This document shows positions 21,883-32,606 of a DNA stretch of 64,000 nt, piece by piece. Source of the stretch: an uncultured Nitrososphaerales archaeon. GTDB lineage: Archaea; Thermoproteota; Nitrososphaeria; Nitrososphaerales; Nitrososphaeraceae. The notes below the pieces were generated by a model that was not told where the DNA came from, did not search any database, and was given only the letters and a program-made list of their open reading frames with translations. Within the stretch, counting starts at the first letter, position 1; every line of letters begins with the position of its first letter. A program made the position numbers and the translations under genes. The stretch lies in NCBI GenBank assembly GCA_963841565.1, contig CAWJCY010000001.1:64001-128000 (forward strand), written 5' to 3'.

Positions 21883-22014
21883 TTCCTATTCATAGTAAGC
21901 GGATCATTGAAATCTGCGCGGATAAGATGCAGAAAAGAACTACATCTTTGATCCTCTATCAGAACCTGCGCTCAGTCGGGACTTTCCGTCATCATCTCCA
22001 CTATGAATGAGGAA
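21883..22014 (-). ncRNA. Candidate structured RNA or leader upstream of cbiG
   Basis: 14-bp terminal stem, internal helices GGAUCA/UGAUCC and AAGAUGUAG/CUGCAUCUU, AUGAUGA and CUGA boxes. Confidence 0.5.
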
Positions 22015-22180
22015 TTGTGGTGTAATCATGTGGCTCAGCGGTGGGAATTTTAGGACTGGGTCATTATATTTAAATGGTATAAGTTAAGCAATTCTTTTCT
22101 AGATTTTCGTGAACTCATGGCGAGCCATTCACTGTCGCCATATCGAAAGAGAGTGAATTAGAGAGACTTCATTTGTACCA

Positions 22181-23287
22181 TTACTGGCTATGATTTGTCC
22201 TTGGGTAAAGGCCACATACCCTTCCATCGAAATCAAACATTATAATTTGGAGATTCAACAAACGTTCGTCATCCTTGATTAATGATGCATAAGCGCGTTT
22301 GCAGATCAGGTCAAAGTATCCTGATATCCCATGCTCGGTTATGATCTCTTGAACGTGACGTGCTGTGTTAGCTTTCATTATTTTAGTTAGAATATCTTCG
22401 GAGCATGCGCAGTCTCTTGCAAGATTTGCCATAAATTCCATGTCAACGTGAGAACCTTTGACGTGAGTTTGTTTTACTCCCATAGCTATTTTCGTAAGCT
22501 TACCAATAAAGCCAGCGATGACCACATTCTTCACCTTCTTGATTCGACATTGCTTTATCGCGTACCCTACAAAGTCCCCCATCTGTATAAGGGAATGCTC
22601 TGGGAGAGTGTCATTAAAAAATTTTTTAACAAACTCCTCACTCCTACCGCCTGTTGTCAACGCAACGGTGTCAACACCCATAGCTAATGCCACATCTAAG
22701 CTTTGTCGGATCGATGCTGCAAATGATGCCGTAGAATAAGGAATAACAATGCCTGTTGTTCCCAGTATCGATATTCCACCCAGTATACCTAACCGAGGAT
22801 TATCGGTTTTTTGCGCGATGGTCTCCCCCATTGGTACCGATATCATTACTGTAATTCCTTTAGTTTCAATGAGTCCATCCACAACCTCCAAAGCAGCTGT
22901 CTTGATCATCATGGATGGCACAGGATTTATCGCAGCTGCTCCTATTGGAAGGCCTAACCCAGGCTTTGTTACATGTCCGACACCTTTCCCTCCTTCTATT
23001 CTGATAGCACCAATGTCATCATTTAGTGAAACAGTAGATTGGATCTGTGCACCGTGTGTGGCATCAGGGTCGTCTCCACCATCCTTCGTGACAGCGCAGG
23101 TCACGGACCCGTTACCGACTTGAGTCCACTCAATTCGTATGACGATCTTTCCTCCCAATGGCAACGAAACCTCCACACAATCTACTTTCTCCCCCGATAG
23201 AAGTTGTATCAGTGCTGCTTTAGTGGCAGCCGCAGCTGAAGTGCCAGTAGTATATCCTTTTCTAAGTGAAGAGCTATTGAGCTTCAT
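22181..23287 (-). CDS. cbiD: Cobalt-precorrin-5B C1-methyltransferase
   Basis: LRKGYTTGTSAAAA, KDGGDDPDATHG, AAINPVP, NPRLGILGGISILGTTG. Confidence 0.95.
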   Translation of the reverse strand: MKLNSSSLRKGYTTGTSAAAATKAALIQLLSGEKVDCVEVSLPLGGKIVIRIEWTQVGNGSVTCAVTKDGGDDPDATHGAQIQSTVSLNDDIGAIRIEGGKGVGHVTKPGLGLPIGAAAINPVPSMMIKTAALEVVDGLIETKGITVMISVPMGETIAQKTDNPRLGILGGISILGTTGIVIPYSTASFAASIRQSLDVALAMGVDTVALTTGGRSEEFVKKFFNDTLPEHSLIQMGDFVGYAIKQCRIKKVKNVVIAGFIGKLTKIAMGVKQTHVKGSHVDMEFMANLARDCACSEDILTKIMKANTARHVQEIITEHGISGYFDLICKRAYASLIKDDERLLNLQIIMFDFDGRVCGLYPRTNHSQ

Positions 23288-23402
23288 TTCACATCGAAAC
23301 GGAAGTTGTTTGCATCTTCCTTAATATGCTTCCAACCATTTGCTATCTAAGACCATGCTTCAAATATCTCTTTTTTCATCGTTCCGAATAAAGATATGAC
23401 GT

Positions 23403-24176
23403 TTAAACAATTACTTTGCCACCATCGATTATTATGGTATTACCGGTAGCATATGAAAAGCTTTCACTACCTAGGCATGCAGCTACTTTGGCGACCTCCT
23501 CCGCTGAGCCCCACCTCTTCATCGCCGATTCACTTATTGCTCTCTTCCTTCCTCGCTTAGTCATAGAATAATAAGTGGCATCCGTTGCAATATTTCCGAG
23601 TGCGAGAGTGTATGCTCTAATTTTTTTATTCCCATATTCAAGAGCAATATGCTTGGTTACGGCAACAACGGCTGCCTTGGCAATGGTATAGGGGGCACCT
23701 TCCCTTTGACCTGACAATGCAGGCGTCGAGGCAATATTAATTATTACGCCTGAATTGCCAGGAGAGCGATTAATTTTTCTAATCATGCTCGGAAGGAATG
23801 CCCTTGTCATATGTATTGTACCCTTAAGATCGACTTCCATAATGGAATCCAAAGCTCGATCGGTCATCTGATGATATCTCTTGTACCAGATCGCATTTTC
23901 GAACCGATGCCCAGCACTGTTTACCAGGATATCAATCCCCCCGTGATCTAATACCGCTCCTTTTACAACTGATCTTACGTCTCTCTCGCTAGTAACATCT
24001 AATTCGACAGCCTGAGTATTTCCTTCGATCTTTTGCGAGGCTCTTATAGCATCATTGATATTTCTAGAACATACCAACACAGTTGCCCCTTGATTTTCAG
24101 CGAATTCTTTAGATATTGCGAACCCGATACCACTAGAGGAACCAGTGACTAGAGCGACCTTGTTAACCAGGGCCAA
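23403..24176 (-). CDS. SDR family NAD(P)-dependent oxidoreductase
   Basis: TGSSSGIG, ILVNSAG, YTIAK (YxxxK), IDGG. Confidence 0.9.
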   Translation of the reverse strand: MALVNKVALVTGSSSGIGFAISKEFAENQGATVLVCSRNINDAIRASQKIEGNTQAVELDVTSERDVRSVVKGAVLDHGGIDILVNSAGHRFENAIWYKRYHQMTDRALDSIMEVDLKGTIHMTRAFLPSMIRKINRSPGNSGVIINIASTPALSGQREGAPYTIAKAAVVAVTKHIALEYGNKKIRAYTLALGNIATDATYYSMTKRGRKRAISESAMKRWGSAEEVAKVAACLGSESFSYATGNTIIIDGGKVIV

Positions 24177-24318
24177 TTAAGTCTCACTAGAATCGTCAGC
24201 AAATTTTGTAAAAGCAAATATTTTGGACGTTTTAAACCAAATCACCTTTGACCCATGGATTGAGTTAAGCCTTATTTTCAACATAGGCGATAGTGTTCCA
24301 AAGTCAGCTATCGATAGC

Positions 24319-25464
24319 TCAGCCGGCCAGATCTGACATCTTATCAGTCCTTTCCCATGTAAATTCAGGTTCATTCCTCCCAAAATGTCCGTATGCCGCG
24401 GTCTTTTTATAGATTGGCCTTTTCAAATTTAGAATCCTTATAATATCGGCGGGCTTCATTTCAAATGAATTTTTGACTCGTTCCTCGATTAATTCGTCGT
24501 CGATTCTAGACGTCCCAAACGTATTCACCATTACAGACACGGGATCAGGCAAACCTATTGCATATGCAAGTTGCACTTCACATTTCTCTGCAAGCCCAGC
24601 AGCTACTATGTTTTTAGCGATATACCTAGCCATATAACATGCCGATCTATCAACTTTCGATGGATCCTTGCCTGAAAATGCTCCTCCACCATGTCTTCCC
24701 GCTCCACCATAAGTGTCTGCAATCACCTTCCTTCCTGTCAAACCGGTGTCAGCCTGAGGGCCACCAATAACAAACCGTCCAGTCGGATTTACCAAGAATT
24801 TCGAATTTGGGGTTATCCAATCCGAACAGATTTCCTTTATTACTTTACCTACAATCTCCTCTCTCAATTGGCTCAAGCTTATGTCTGGTGCATGTTGGGT
24901 TGAAATCACGACAGTATCAATCCTTATCGGCTTTGTACCTTCGTAAACAACAGAAACCTGGGATTTACCATCAGGTCTTATCCAACCTAGTTTTTTTTGC
25001 TTTCTGAGGGTAGACAGCTTCATAGAGAGTTTGTGAGCCATTATGATAGGCAGTGGCATTAACTCCGCGGTTTCATTTGTTGCATATCCAAACATTAAGC
25101 CTTGATCACCTGCTCCCTGTTCTCTATGCATATTAGGAGTGACACCCAGTGAAATATCAGGACTTTGTTCATGTATAGATTCTATAACAGAACAAGATTC
25201 GGAATCAAACCCGTATTCAGGTCGATCATATCCGATCTCACGTATCACGGTTCTTACTACCTTTTGTATATCGACCCTGCGTCTTGATGTGACCTCTCCT
25301 GCGACAAAAACTATTCCGGTGGAAGTTAACGACTCTACTGCAACTCTAGACTCTGAGTCACTTGCGAGAAACTCATCTAAGATAGAATCGGAAACCTGAT
25401 CGCATATCTTGTCAGGGTGACCTTCTGTTACGCTTTCTGAAGTGAATATATACCTTCTTACCAT
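24319..25464 (-). CDS. metK: S-adenosylmethionine synthetase (bacterial/eukaryotic type)
   Basis: [40 protein letters not shown]. Confidence 0.97.
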   Translation of the reverse strand: MVRRYIFTSESVTEGHPDKICDQVSDSILDEFLASDSESRVAVESLTSTGIVFVAGEVTSRRRVDIQKVVRTVIREIGYDRPEYGFDSESCSVIESIHEQSPDISLGVTPNMHREQGAGDQGLMFGYATNETAELMPLPIIMAHKLSMKLSTLRKQKKLGWIRPDGKSQVSVVYEGTKPIRIDTVVISTQHAPDISLSQLREEIVGKVIKEICSDWITPNSKFLVNPTGRFVIGGPQADTGLTGRKVIADTYGGAGRHGGGAFSGKDPSKVDRSACYMARYIAKNIVAAGLAEKCEVQLAYAIGLPDPVSVMVNTFGTSRIDDELIEERVKNSFEMKPADIIRILNLKRPIYKKTAAYGHFGRNEPEFTWERTDKMSDLAG

Positions 25465-25500
25465 TACTCCCCATATACCTTAATTCTCACAAGAATACCA

Positions 25501-25755
25501 TTAAAGATCTTTTTCCAGTCTTATAAATAGAACATTATTTCCTCGAATCACTACCTTTCCGTAATTTGCTAACAGATCCTGTCGATTGAATTCCTCAGCA
25601 TCAACTAATATCAAATTCATATATGTATCCACGTTGCTCATCCTCCCTCGATATTCTACTTCACTTTTCAATCGTACTGCCACTCGTCTATTTACTGAAC
25701 GTTGTAATGTTGTTAATGGTCTTTTAGATTGCTGTGATGACGCAGGGGATGACAA
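25501..25755 (-). CDS. Sm-like (SmAP/Lsm) RNA-binding protein
   Basis: YRGRMSNVDTYMNLILVDAEE...VVIRGNNVLFI (Sm1/Sm2 motifs). Confidence 0.93.
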   Translation of the reverse strand: MSSPASSQQSKRPLTTLQRSVNRRVAVRLKSEVEYRGRMSNVDTYMNLILVDAEEFNRQDLLANYGKVVIRGNNVLFIRLEKDL

Positions 25756-25900
25756 TTCAATTAATCACTTTGGAAGTGAAAGCACACAGGCTACAATAAA
25801 AAGGTTCCCTTGTTGGCTATTTGCCGAATATTATGCTATAATTATAGTTTTGCCGAAGCCAGAAGTTTTCATATATGTAATGTACCAGACTAAGATTGAA

Positions 25901-26242
25901 ATGAATCAGTATCAAGACATGTTAGAGAAAATCTTTGATGAGCAAAGGAAGTTAGTAGAATATTTGGGAGTAGACAGGTATCCAAAAAAGACTGAGCAGA
26001 GGGTTTCGGCCCTGATGACAGCGATTATACACGAGGCCATCGAGCTACAAGATCTCACCAGTTGGAAGTGGTGGAAAAGACCTTCTGGTTTTGAAATCGA
26101 GATGGCTCAAACCGAATTGATTGATATACTACATTTTGTAATCCAAACCGCTCTTGAGCTGGAAATGACTCCACAAAAGGTGTTAGAGGTGTATTTGAAT
26201 AAGAATTACATAAATCGAGAAAGAAAGAGGTCAGGGTACTGA
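25901..26242 (+). CDS. All-alpha (dimeric) dUTPase / NTP pyrophosphohydrolase
   Basis: HEAIELQD...WKWWK...ELIDILHF...KNYINRERK. Start is 25901 or 25880; the longer ORF-track start overlaps the Sm gene. Confidence 0.82.
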   Translation: MNQYQDMLEKIFDEQRKLVEYLGVDRYPKKTEQRVSALMTAIIHEAIELQDLTSWKWWKRPSGFEIEMAQTELIDILHFVIQTALELEMTPQKVLEVYLNKNYINRERKRSGY

Positions 26243-26444
26243 CGGGACACTACTATTTTCACGTCCGATAGACAGAACTATTCAACTGATATATTGCATT
26301 GCTCCTAGTAAAATTGTATTCTTCCCTTATCGTATGCCTAATCGATGTAACAGAAAAGGCTGGTTAGGGAAATGTGAGTCACAATTTTCTCATATTTATC
26401 TGGGTGCCCCTTTTATTTGGGGTTTGATTTGAGTATCGTAACGG

Positions 26445-26708
26445 ATGTACACCGGTCTAGATTTGGTCGCGGATATACTCTCCTTTTCGGACAGAACTGG
26501 AAGATTGAAGATTCAGAAACTAGAGAGAATGCTTGATAAGTACAGTCCACAAATTTCGAATTGTCTACATGAATTAGAGCGATACGACCTTATCTCCTTC
26601 GATCCATCATTTTTAGAAGTTACAATGACCGTCAAAGGTGCAGAATTTCTAAATCTGTACAACGATCTTAAGGAACTGGTATGCCTAGATAACAACCTAG
26701 ATCTGTGA
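26445..26708 (+). CDS. Small winged-helix domain protein
   Basis: DLVADIL...LHELERYDLI...TMTVKGAEFLNLY, typical wHTH C-terminus. Confidence 0.6.
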   Translation: MYTGLDLVADILSFSDRTGRLKIQKLERMLDKYSPQISNCLHELERYDLISFDPSFLEVTMTVKGAEFLNLYNDLKELVCLDNNLDL

Positions 26709-26796
26709 CGACAGCACGCCTATCCTAACATCCATGTCATAGGAATTAATATCTGAGGAGCAAAAAAATGTTAGTTTTGACCACTAAGGCAGAAAG

Positions 26797-27535
26797 TTAC
26801 AAATCCCTCCAAACCGCACGCGCCTTAGCTAAAGCTAGAAAGCATATCAAATACGCAGATTGAACTGCAAGCCCGAAATATATTGACCAGGTTTCCGGTG
26901 TGGCAAGCCCCATACTATCCTGTATCATCAAAGATGCGTGAGTTGTCGGGACCGAGTAAGCTGAGGTACTGGAGGTTCAAAGGAAGCCGTTCGATAGAAT
27001 AGTAGACTGGAGGAATTACAGCAAGTATGACGTTTACAAAAGAAATAATCTGAGTTGCATTTCGCATATGCAGCATGTGAGAAGATAGGAAAAAGCCCAT
27101 TGCAGACATTGCACCCCAGGTCAAAAGTATGCTACAAATCAGTAGTGGTAGGGTCGATAGAGTGTCTCCAAATAATACGGCTAAGGTAGTAAGGGCTATT
27201 AGAGCAGGGAGACCAAATAATAGTTCGGACAATGCGAGCCCAGTCATATATGTGAGGGACGACACCGGTGCTGCGACGAAGACATCTTGAATCTTGTATT
27301 CAGTTTTGTAGAATGAAATGTCTTGCCCAAGTGCCAAGCCATAGCCGACAGTTGCCATGACAAGACTACCGGCGATCGCGAGATCTGTGTACTCACCGTT
27401 GCTTACTACAAAAAGGACAAACAAAATTGAGAATGGACTTAAAGCTGAAAACAACATCGAAAGCGGGTTTCTCCTTAGCCATAATATCCCTGTCATATAG
27501 GCTATGATGATGATCTGTCTAAATGCTATGATCAA
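26797..27535 (-). CDS. ABC-2 type transporter permease (one extra base near 26962)
   Basis: Six hydrophobic segments, PPVYYSIE; shifted frame continues VPTTHASLM...AVWRDL* to 26797. Span is 739 nt = 3n+1. Confidence 0.85.
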
Positions 27536-27667
27536 TTACGTTCATCTCTATAATGTTCTATTGTATTTATTTCAAGTGTAAATCACAAGATTGTTGCTGT
27601 GGCCACAGAAATAGAAATATTGAAATTAGATCGAAAAGCTTTATTCGTAAGCTAGGACGGATTAGGT

Positions 27668-28273
27668 TTGAATTTCTTGATCGCATGTGCGGCCCTATTT
27701 GGAGGATTATTGTTTGTAATTGTAAATACACTGGAATTGCATGACGGATATGTCGCTATCGGACAAGTTTTCTTTGACTTTGAAGAAAATTCAAGCAACA
27801 TAAATTATTTAGTTTTTGATGATACGAGTTCGGGCGTCCGTATTAAATACCCTTCAACTTGGAACGTACTTGAACAGCTTGGAAATATTTCGGGTAACAA
27901 TATCCTAGTGGACTTTTACCATACCGGGATTAACGGATCACTTGGTTACTCAGAGAATGCAAACATTGTAGTATCAGATTCCCACAGCATAGACCCTCAA
28001 TCGCTTGATAAATTCACCAACTCTACCATTCGAATTCTTGCGAGCAATCTAAATAATTTTACCCTACAGGAATCTCTTCCGACTATAGTTTCAGGGCTTC
28101 CAGCTCATAAAATAACATATACCATAGCTGGGAATCAATCAGAAATTAAGCAGACTCAAGCTTGGACGATTAAGGGTAATAAATGGATTGTGGTTTCGTA
28201 TTCTGCTGAACCATTAGCCTATTTCAATCCTAGAACGGCCCAAAATATATTGGACTCTCTCTTGATAAGATAA
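27668..28273 (+). CDS. Membrane-anchored PsbP-like domain protein
   Basis: N-terminal TM, GVRIKYPSTW, TIVSGLPAHKITYT, AQNILDSL. Confidence 0.7.
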   Translation: MNFLIACAALFGGLLFVIVNTLELHDGYVAIGQVFFDFEENSSNINYLVFDDTSSGVRIKYPSTWNVLEQLGNISGNNILVDFYHTGINGSLGYSENANIVVSDSHSIDPQSLDKFTNSTIRILASNLNNFTLQESLPTIVSGLPAHKITYTIAGNQSEIKQTQAWTIKGNKWIVVSYSAEPLAYFNPRTAQNILDSLLIR

Positions 28274-28357
28274 GATAACTGCTATTGGGCCAAACATTTC
28301 TTGCACAGATTGCCAGTATTTTTATAACAGATTGGAGTAGCCTATAGAATATTTACA

Positions 28358-28948
28358 TTGATGCGCAGCAGTTTAATAACGCTAATCATCTACCTCATCT
28401 GTCCTATAGCACTATTTTATGCAGACGTCTATTCACAAGAGCAGGTGCAAACATCGCTCCAAAATATTAGCCACGAAAATCTTACAGTTTCTACTTTTGA
28501 AAACACAACTAAAACCAGGATCAATGAGACTGTAACCACTAGCGATCCTGTTACAATAGGGGCACTCACATCAGTAGCAATGAACAAGGTCATACTCAAT
28601 GTTACCCAAAATGTTCTGAATGAAACTGCACGCATATTGGAATTGAAAGAGTTTGTTCTCCGTGTATCAGCTCAAGAATCCAACGATACAACCCTAAACC
28701 TTAATTTTTCTGCGTTAGACTCAGAGACGTCGTCTGAGCTTGCAGGAGTAAGCATCGATGGTTGGATAGCAAATGGAAGTGGCATTTCTACGTATTTTTT
28801 CAGTGGACTGACCGATAATAGTGGGAAATCTGCATTTACTCTACATACCCAAGCAGATGGGTTGTATAACACGACTCTTACGGTCGAAGCATTTCTGACA
28901 GGTTATTCTTCTCAGAAGCAATCCGCAGCATTTACGTTAGGTGATTAG
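28358..28948 (+). CDS. Secreted/surface protein with probable C-terminal Ig-like domain
   Basis: Signal peptide, many N-x-S/T sequons, GLTDNSGKSAFT...TVEAFLTGY. Confidence 0.6.
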   Translation: MMRSSLITLIIYLICPIALFYADVYSQEQVQTSLQNISHENLTVSTFENTTKTRINETVTTSDPVTIGALTSVAMNKVILNVTQNVLNETARILELKEFVLRVSAQESNDTTLNLNFSALDSETSSELAGVSIDGWIANGSGISTYFFSGLTDNSGKSAFTLHTQADGLYNTTLTVEAFLTGYSSQKQSAAFTLGD

Positions 28949-29402
28949 CAAAATATACTTTGTCGGTGAATCAATAGAAAACATTACAATTGACACTATC
29001 GGCAAACTGGATGTCGAGAAGATTTTCGATGTATTTACCAGATGCAGGAATACGGATGAGAAATTGATTTGAGTTACATGATTGGGTATCGAAGAAAATC
29101 CCAAAAAATGTTACCCAATAAATACTAACTAACCGCGTGATACATGTATCCTCATTTGGTTACGTTCTAATGTCATTTTCTGATCAAAGTGCTGACATGA
29201 GGGAAAACCACATTAACTAACATTGTAAGAAGTCACGTAAAGATAATTTCCTTTTCAGGTGATGCAAAAATGGAATATGAACAATATGTGTCGAGTTTAG
29301 AAGTGATTTGCGCACATTGAACTAATGCTGGACCTACGAGTGCTTTCTGTCATATTCCCATACAAATTGCATGAGAGGATCAAATAGAGTTCGCGACCCT
29401 CA

Positions 29403-31319
29403 TCACATCCTATTTAACGGATCGATACCAAGATAGTTTAACGTAAGTCTCATTACGTTGTTGAAGGCCTTTACTAACAGAAGCCTGGCAGAAACTAAAG
29501 ATTCGTTAGCTTCTTTCAGAATAGGGACCTGTTCATAAAATAGATTAAACGATACGGCGAGTTTATGGGCATACCTTGCTAGGAGCTTTGGGTTCATTTG
29601 CGATGAACATTGTTCGATAATTAGGTCCATTTTTGACAATTCTCGAATCAAATTTAGCTCCTTATCATGTAAATGATTAGCAAAGCTGATACTATGGTGC
29701 ATTAATTCTCCCTTCTCTATCAACCTTTGAGATCTCGCGAACGCATATTGTAAATATGGTCCACTGTCACCATCCAAGCTCAAAGATTCCTCTAGGTCGA
29801 ACACTATTGGCCGTTCTAAATCCTGTTTAATCAAGTTATACCGGACTGCGGCCCTGCCTAGACTTTCAGAAATACCAGATAGTTCTGAGTCAGTCATATT
29901 CGGATGCCTACTCTGGATTTCTTGCTTTGCTTTCTTGTAGAGTATTTCCATAACTTGGTCAGCGCCAACGTAAATTCCTTTCCTTCCTGACATATGAGCT
30001 GACGTATTCCCAATGTCGATGCCTAACGACTTCGCGGTCCGAGAACTTAAAGTAACTGGTTCATAGCTTAGATGCATATAGCGCTCTTTGTCATAATTAG
30101 CAACGGCAGAAAGAGTACGAGAAATGATGGTTTGCAGCCTCGATTGTCTGGAGTCTATTAGGTTAATTATGATCTCTGCACCGCAAAACTGCTGATTTGG
30201 TGGAGAACCGACCGACGTATCAAGGGTATCTGCCCAGAGGATTGAATGGTCCCATTGCTCTGAAAATGCGTAATAAAGGAAAGGATCGGAAAAGAGGCCC
30301 AGTTTCCATGCTGCGTATGGCATATCCTTAGCCATATAAGTCAGGGTACCATCACTTCTGATCAACACCTTATCGTCGTCTCCGTTTGAGCCTCTGATCA
30401 CCCAGCAACCTTTATTTTTTCCTTCAGTTTCGAAGACTGCTCTACCTTTATTTTTCAGGACCTCGAACATCTTCTCCCACAGCTTGGAAGCCACTATATC
30501 TGATTCGAAATTCAGTAAGTCGTACCTTACTTTTAAACTCCAGCATGTCTTCAGTTGATCCTTTAACACGCGTAGACTGATATCCTTTGCGAATCTTGAT
30601 AGATCAGATTTACCTTCTTCAATGCTTTTCAAGACTGATTTCCGCTTCTGTTGTAGGTCTGGATTCTTGGCGTACAATTCATTGATTTTCACATATACTT
30701 CATTCCCACAATATTGGTCGAATTTTGTAGAACGATCGGGAGGATCTATGGGAAATCCAGCATATAAAAACCCGACAACTATGTCGGCTACTTGAAGACC
30801 TGAGTCGTCCACGTAGTAGAATACACTTGTGTCATAATTAACAGCTGAAAGGATTCTGAATAAAACATCTCCGATTATCATATTTCTCAAATGTCCTACA
30901 TGTAATGCTTTGTTAGGATTTACGCTCGTATGCTCAACAATGACCCTTCGTCCTCTTCCAAAGTCAAATTTTCCGTAACTTTTATCCAGGATCTCACTAA
31001 TTACTGCTTTCGGATACACATCCCAATCTGCCCTGAAATTTATATGTCCTGAAGTATGGGCCTCAATTGTCTTCAGCAGTGTCCCACGTGATCTTTGTTT
31101 ATTTAGTTGGATTAGAAGTGAATCTACTAAATCCGTTGCTACGCGATACGGGTTACTATGAAATCGTTGTGCGAGCTGAAATGCAATATTGCTGGTAAGC
31201 TCTCCAAAATCGGTATTTGGAGGCTCGGTAAGTGTATAATTTATGCCATCAATCTTTTTATCTTGTATTAATTTATCTACAAGTAGTATCGCTTCTTTCC
31301 TGAGGTTTCTTAAGCTCAT
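29403..31319 (-). CDS. argS: Arginine--tRNA ligase
   Basis: VEHTSVNPNKALHVGHLRN (HIGH), RSDGTLTY, MSGRKG, GPYLQYAFAR. Confidence 0.96.
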   Translation of the reverse strand: MSLRNLRKEAILLVDKLIQDKKIDGINYTLTEPPNTDFGELTSNIAFQLAQRFHSNPYRVATDLVDSLLIQLNKQRSRGTLLKTIEAHTSGHINFRADWDVYPKAVISEILDKSYGKFDFGRGRRVIVEHTSVNPNKALHVGHLRNMIIGDVLFRILSAVNYDTSVFYYVDDSGLQVADIVVGFLYAGFPIDPPDRSTKFDQYCGNEVYVKINELYAKNPDLQQKRKSVLKSIEEGKSDLSRFAKDISLRVLKDQLKTCWSLKVRYDLLNFESDIVASKLWEKMFEVLKNKGRAVFETEGKNKGCWVIRGSNGDDDKVLIRSDGTLTYMAKDMPYAAWKLGLFSDPFLYYAFSEQWDHSILWADTLDTSVGSPPNQQFCGAEIIINLIDSRQSRLQTIISRTLSAVANYDKERYMHLSYEPVTLSSRTAKSLGIDIGNTSAHMSGRKGIYVGADQVMEILYKKAKQEIQSRHPNMTDSELSGISESLGRAAVRYNLIKQDLERPIVFDLEESLSLDGDSGPYLQYAFARSQRLIEKGELMHHSISFANHLHDKELNLIRELSKMDLIIEQCSSQMNPKLLARYAHKLAVSFNLFYEQVPILKEANESLVSARLLLVKAFNNVMRLTLNYLGIDPLNRM

Positions 31320-32020
31320 AGCTTTAATCCAAAAAAATTTTGAGACAGATACTGAATGGCTTGTACAAGTCCTTCGCCATGCTTAGCCGAAGTGACGTGT
31401 ATCGCATTCCGTTTCACGTTTTCTTCGGCATGTCCTAAGCATATGCTATAACCGCACGATCTGAAAATGGGGATATCAGTTTCGCTATCTCCAATTGCTA
31501 CACTATCCTTCGCTTCAAGCCCTAGTATCCTTAATGCTTCAGTTAGGCCAGTAGATTTGTCCACCCCAATCTGATTAATATGGTAGGCATACTTACTATC
31601 ACTAAGATACAAGGGTAGTTTGTATTCATTGAGAATGAGTTGCGCACGATTAATGTCAAAGTTTCTGCATAAGACAACTTCGGACATTCGCCCAAAGACT
31701 GGCTTATTCCTGACACCTTCGATATGATCTTTTAGTACATTATACCCCTCCAGGCAAATTTTCTTATTTCCTAAGACCATATGTTCCTCTGGGCTCGTGG
31801 TGATTACTCCACCATTCTCGGAAACGGCAATCTTAGTTGTACCTGCAAAGACTGCCAAAGTATATGCTTCAAATGACGATCTCCCCGTTACAAAAATTAC
31901 TTTAAAACCCATTCTCTCGAGAATCCGTAGCTCTAGGATGGCTGGGAGGTGAAGCATACCTCCACCATTCTCGGTGATAGTTCCGTCAATGTCAACCGCA
32001 AACGAGGTAATCTGCCGCAA
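31316..32020 (-). CDS. HAD-IIB phosphoglycolate phosphatase (archaeal type)
   Basis: DIDGTIT, SENGG, GVDKSTGL, IGDSETD. Confidence 0.88.
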   Translation of the reverse strand: MRQITSFAVDIDGTITENGGGMLHLPAILELRILERMGFKVIFVTGRSSFEAYTLAVFAGTTKIAVSENGGVITTSPEEHMVLGNKKICLEGYNVLKDHIEGVRNKPVFGRMSEVVLCRNFDINRAQLILNEYKLPLYLSDSKYAYHINQIGVDKSTGLTEALRILGLEAKDSVAIGDSETDIPIFRSCGYSICLGHAEENVKRNAIHVTSAKHGEGLVQAIQYLSQNFFGLKL

Positions 32021-32095
32021 AATGATTTGAGTACAAAACAGCTTTGTTTATTTAAACATTCTTCAAACGGAGAGGAAAAGCATTCTTTAATGCAT

Positions 32096-32196
32096 GAAGG
32101 GCTCGGATCGCCACTTCGTCCAGAGTAGCATGCATCCTGCCTAAGCCTTGTTTGTAACTAGCCACAAATGTGTAGGTGGCAGGCCATCGTCCCTTC
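32096..32196 (-). ncRNA. Candidate multi-helix structured RNA
   Basis: GAAGGG/CCCUUC closing stem, CCUGCC/GGCAGG, CCAC/GUGG, GCUACU/AGUGGC; G-U pairs form only on the minus strand. Confidence 0.5.
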
Positions 32197-32246
32197 TAGA
32201 TACCAAAAAAATAGTAAGAATAGGGATTAAGGGTACCTCTAAAGCT

Positions 32247-32606
32247 TCAGAATGGTAAAGCACTCAGTTCAGCTATGACGGGTTGGTTAGCGAGCCTTTC
32301 ATGCATTCTCTTATCGCTCAACGATTTTTGTTTCTTAACCTTTACTTTGATCTTAAAGCCGAAGTGGATTCCATTTCTCCACTTATCTGCAGAAATGATT
32401 TCTCCAATTCCTTGAATCCTATCTCCCTCCCGTGTGACTACTGTGAACGGTGTATTTCGATGATACTTCAACATTTCAATCCGCTCGAAGAAATGATCCC
32501 AATCTAGGGGATTCCGGATCAGCGCTTCAAAAGATAGAATATCACCTACCTTCACTTCCTCCAAATGAGTACCCATTATTTCTAGTTGATCTAACTTTAC
32601 ATACAC
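32247..32606 (-). CDS. Hypothetical protein
   Basis: 119-aa ORF with AT-rich promoter-like region upstream and a T7 tract downstream; no recognised motif. Confidence 0.65.
   Translation of the reverse strand: MYVKLDQLEIMGTHLEEVKVGDILSFEALIRNPLDWDHFFERIEMLKYHRNTPFTVVTREGDRIQGIGEIISADKWRNGIHFGFKIKVKVKKQKSLSDKRMHERLANQPVIAELSALPF

Noticed and set aside
21883-22014. RNase P RNA or a classic cobalamin riboswitch
   Set aside because: Too short, P4 cannot pair, and there is no B12-box or GCCACUG-type motif; kept only as an unknown structured RNA.
25586-25879. Extended dUTPase ORF
   Set aside because: Antisense overlap with the Sm gene and the shared promoter region.
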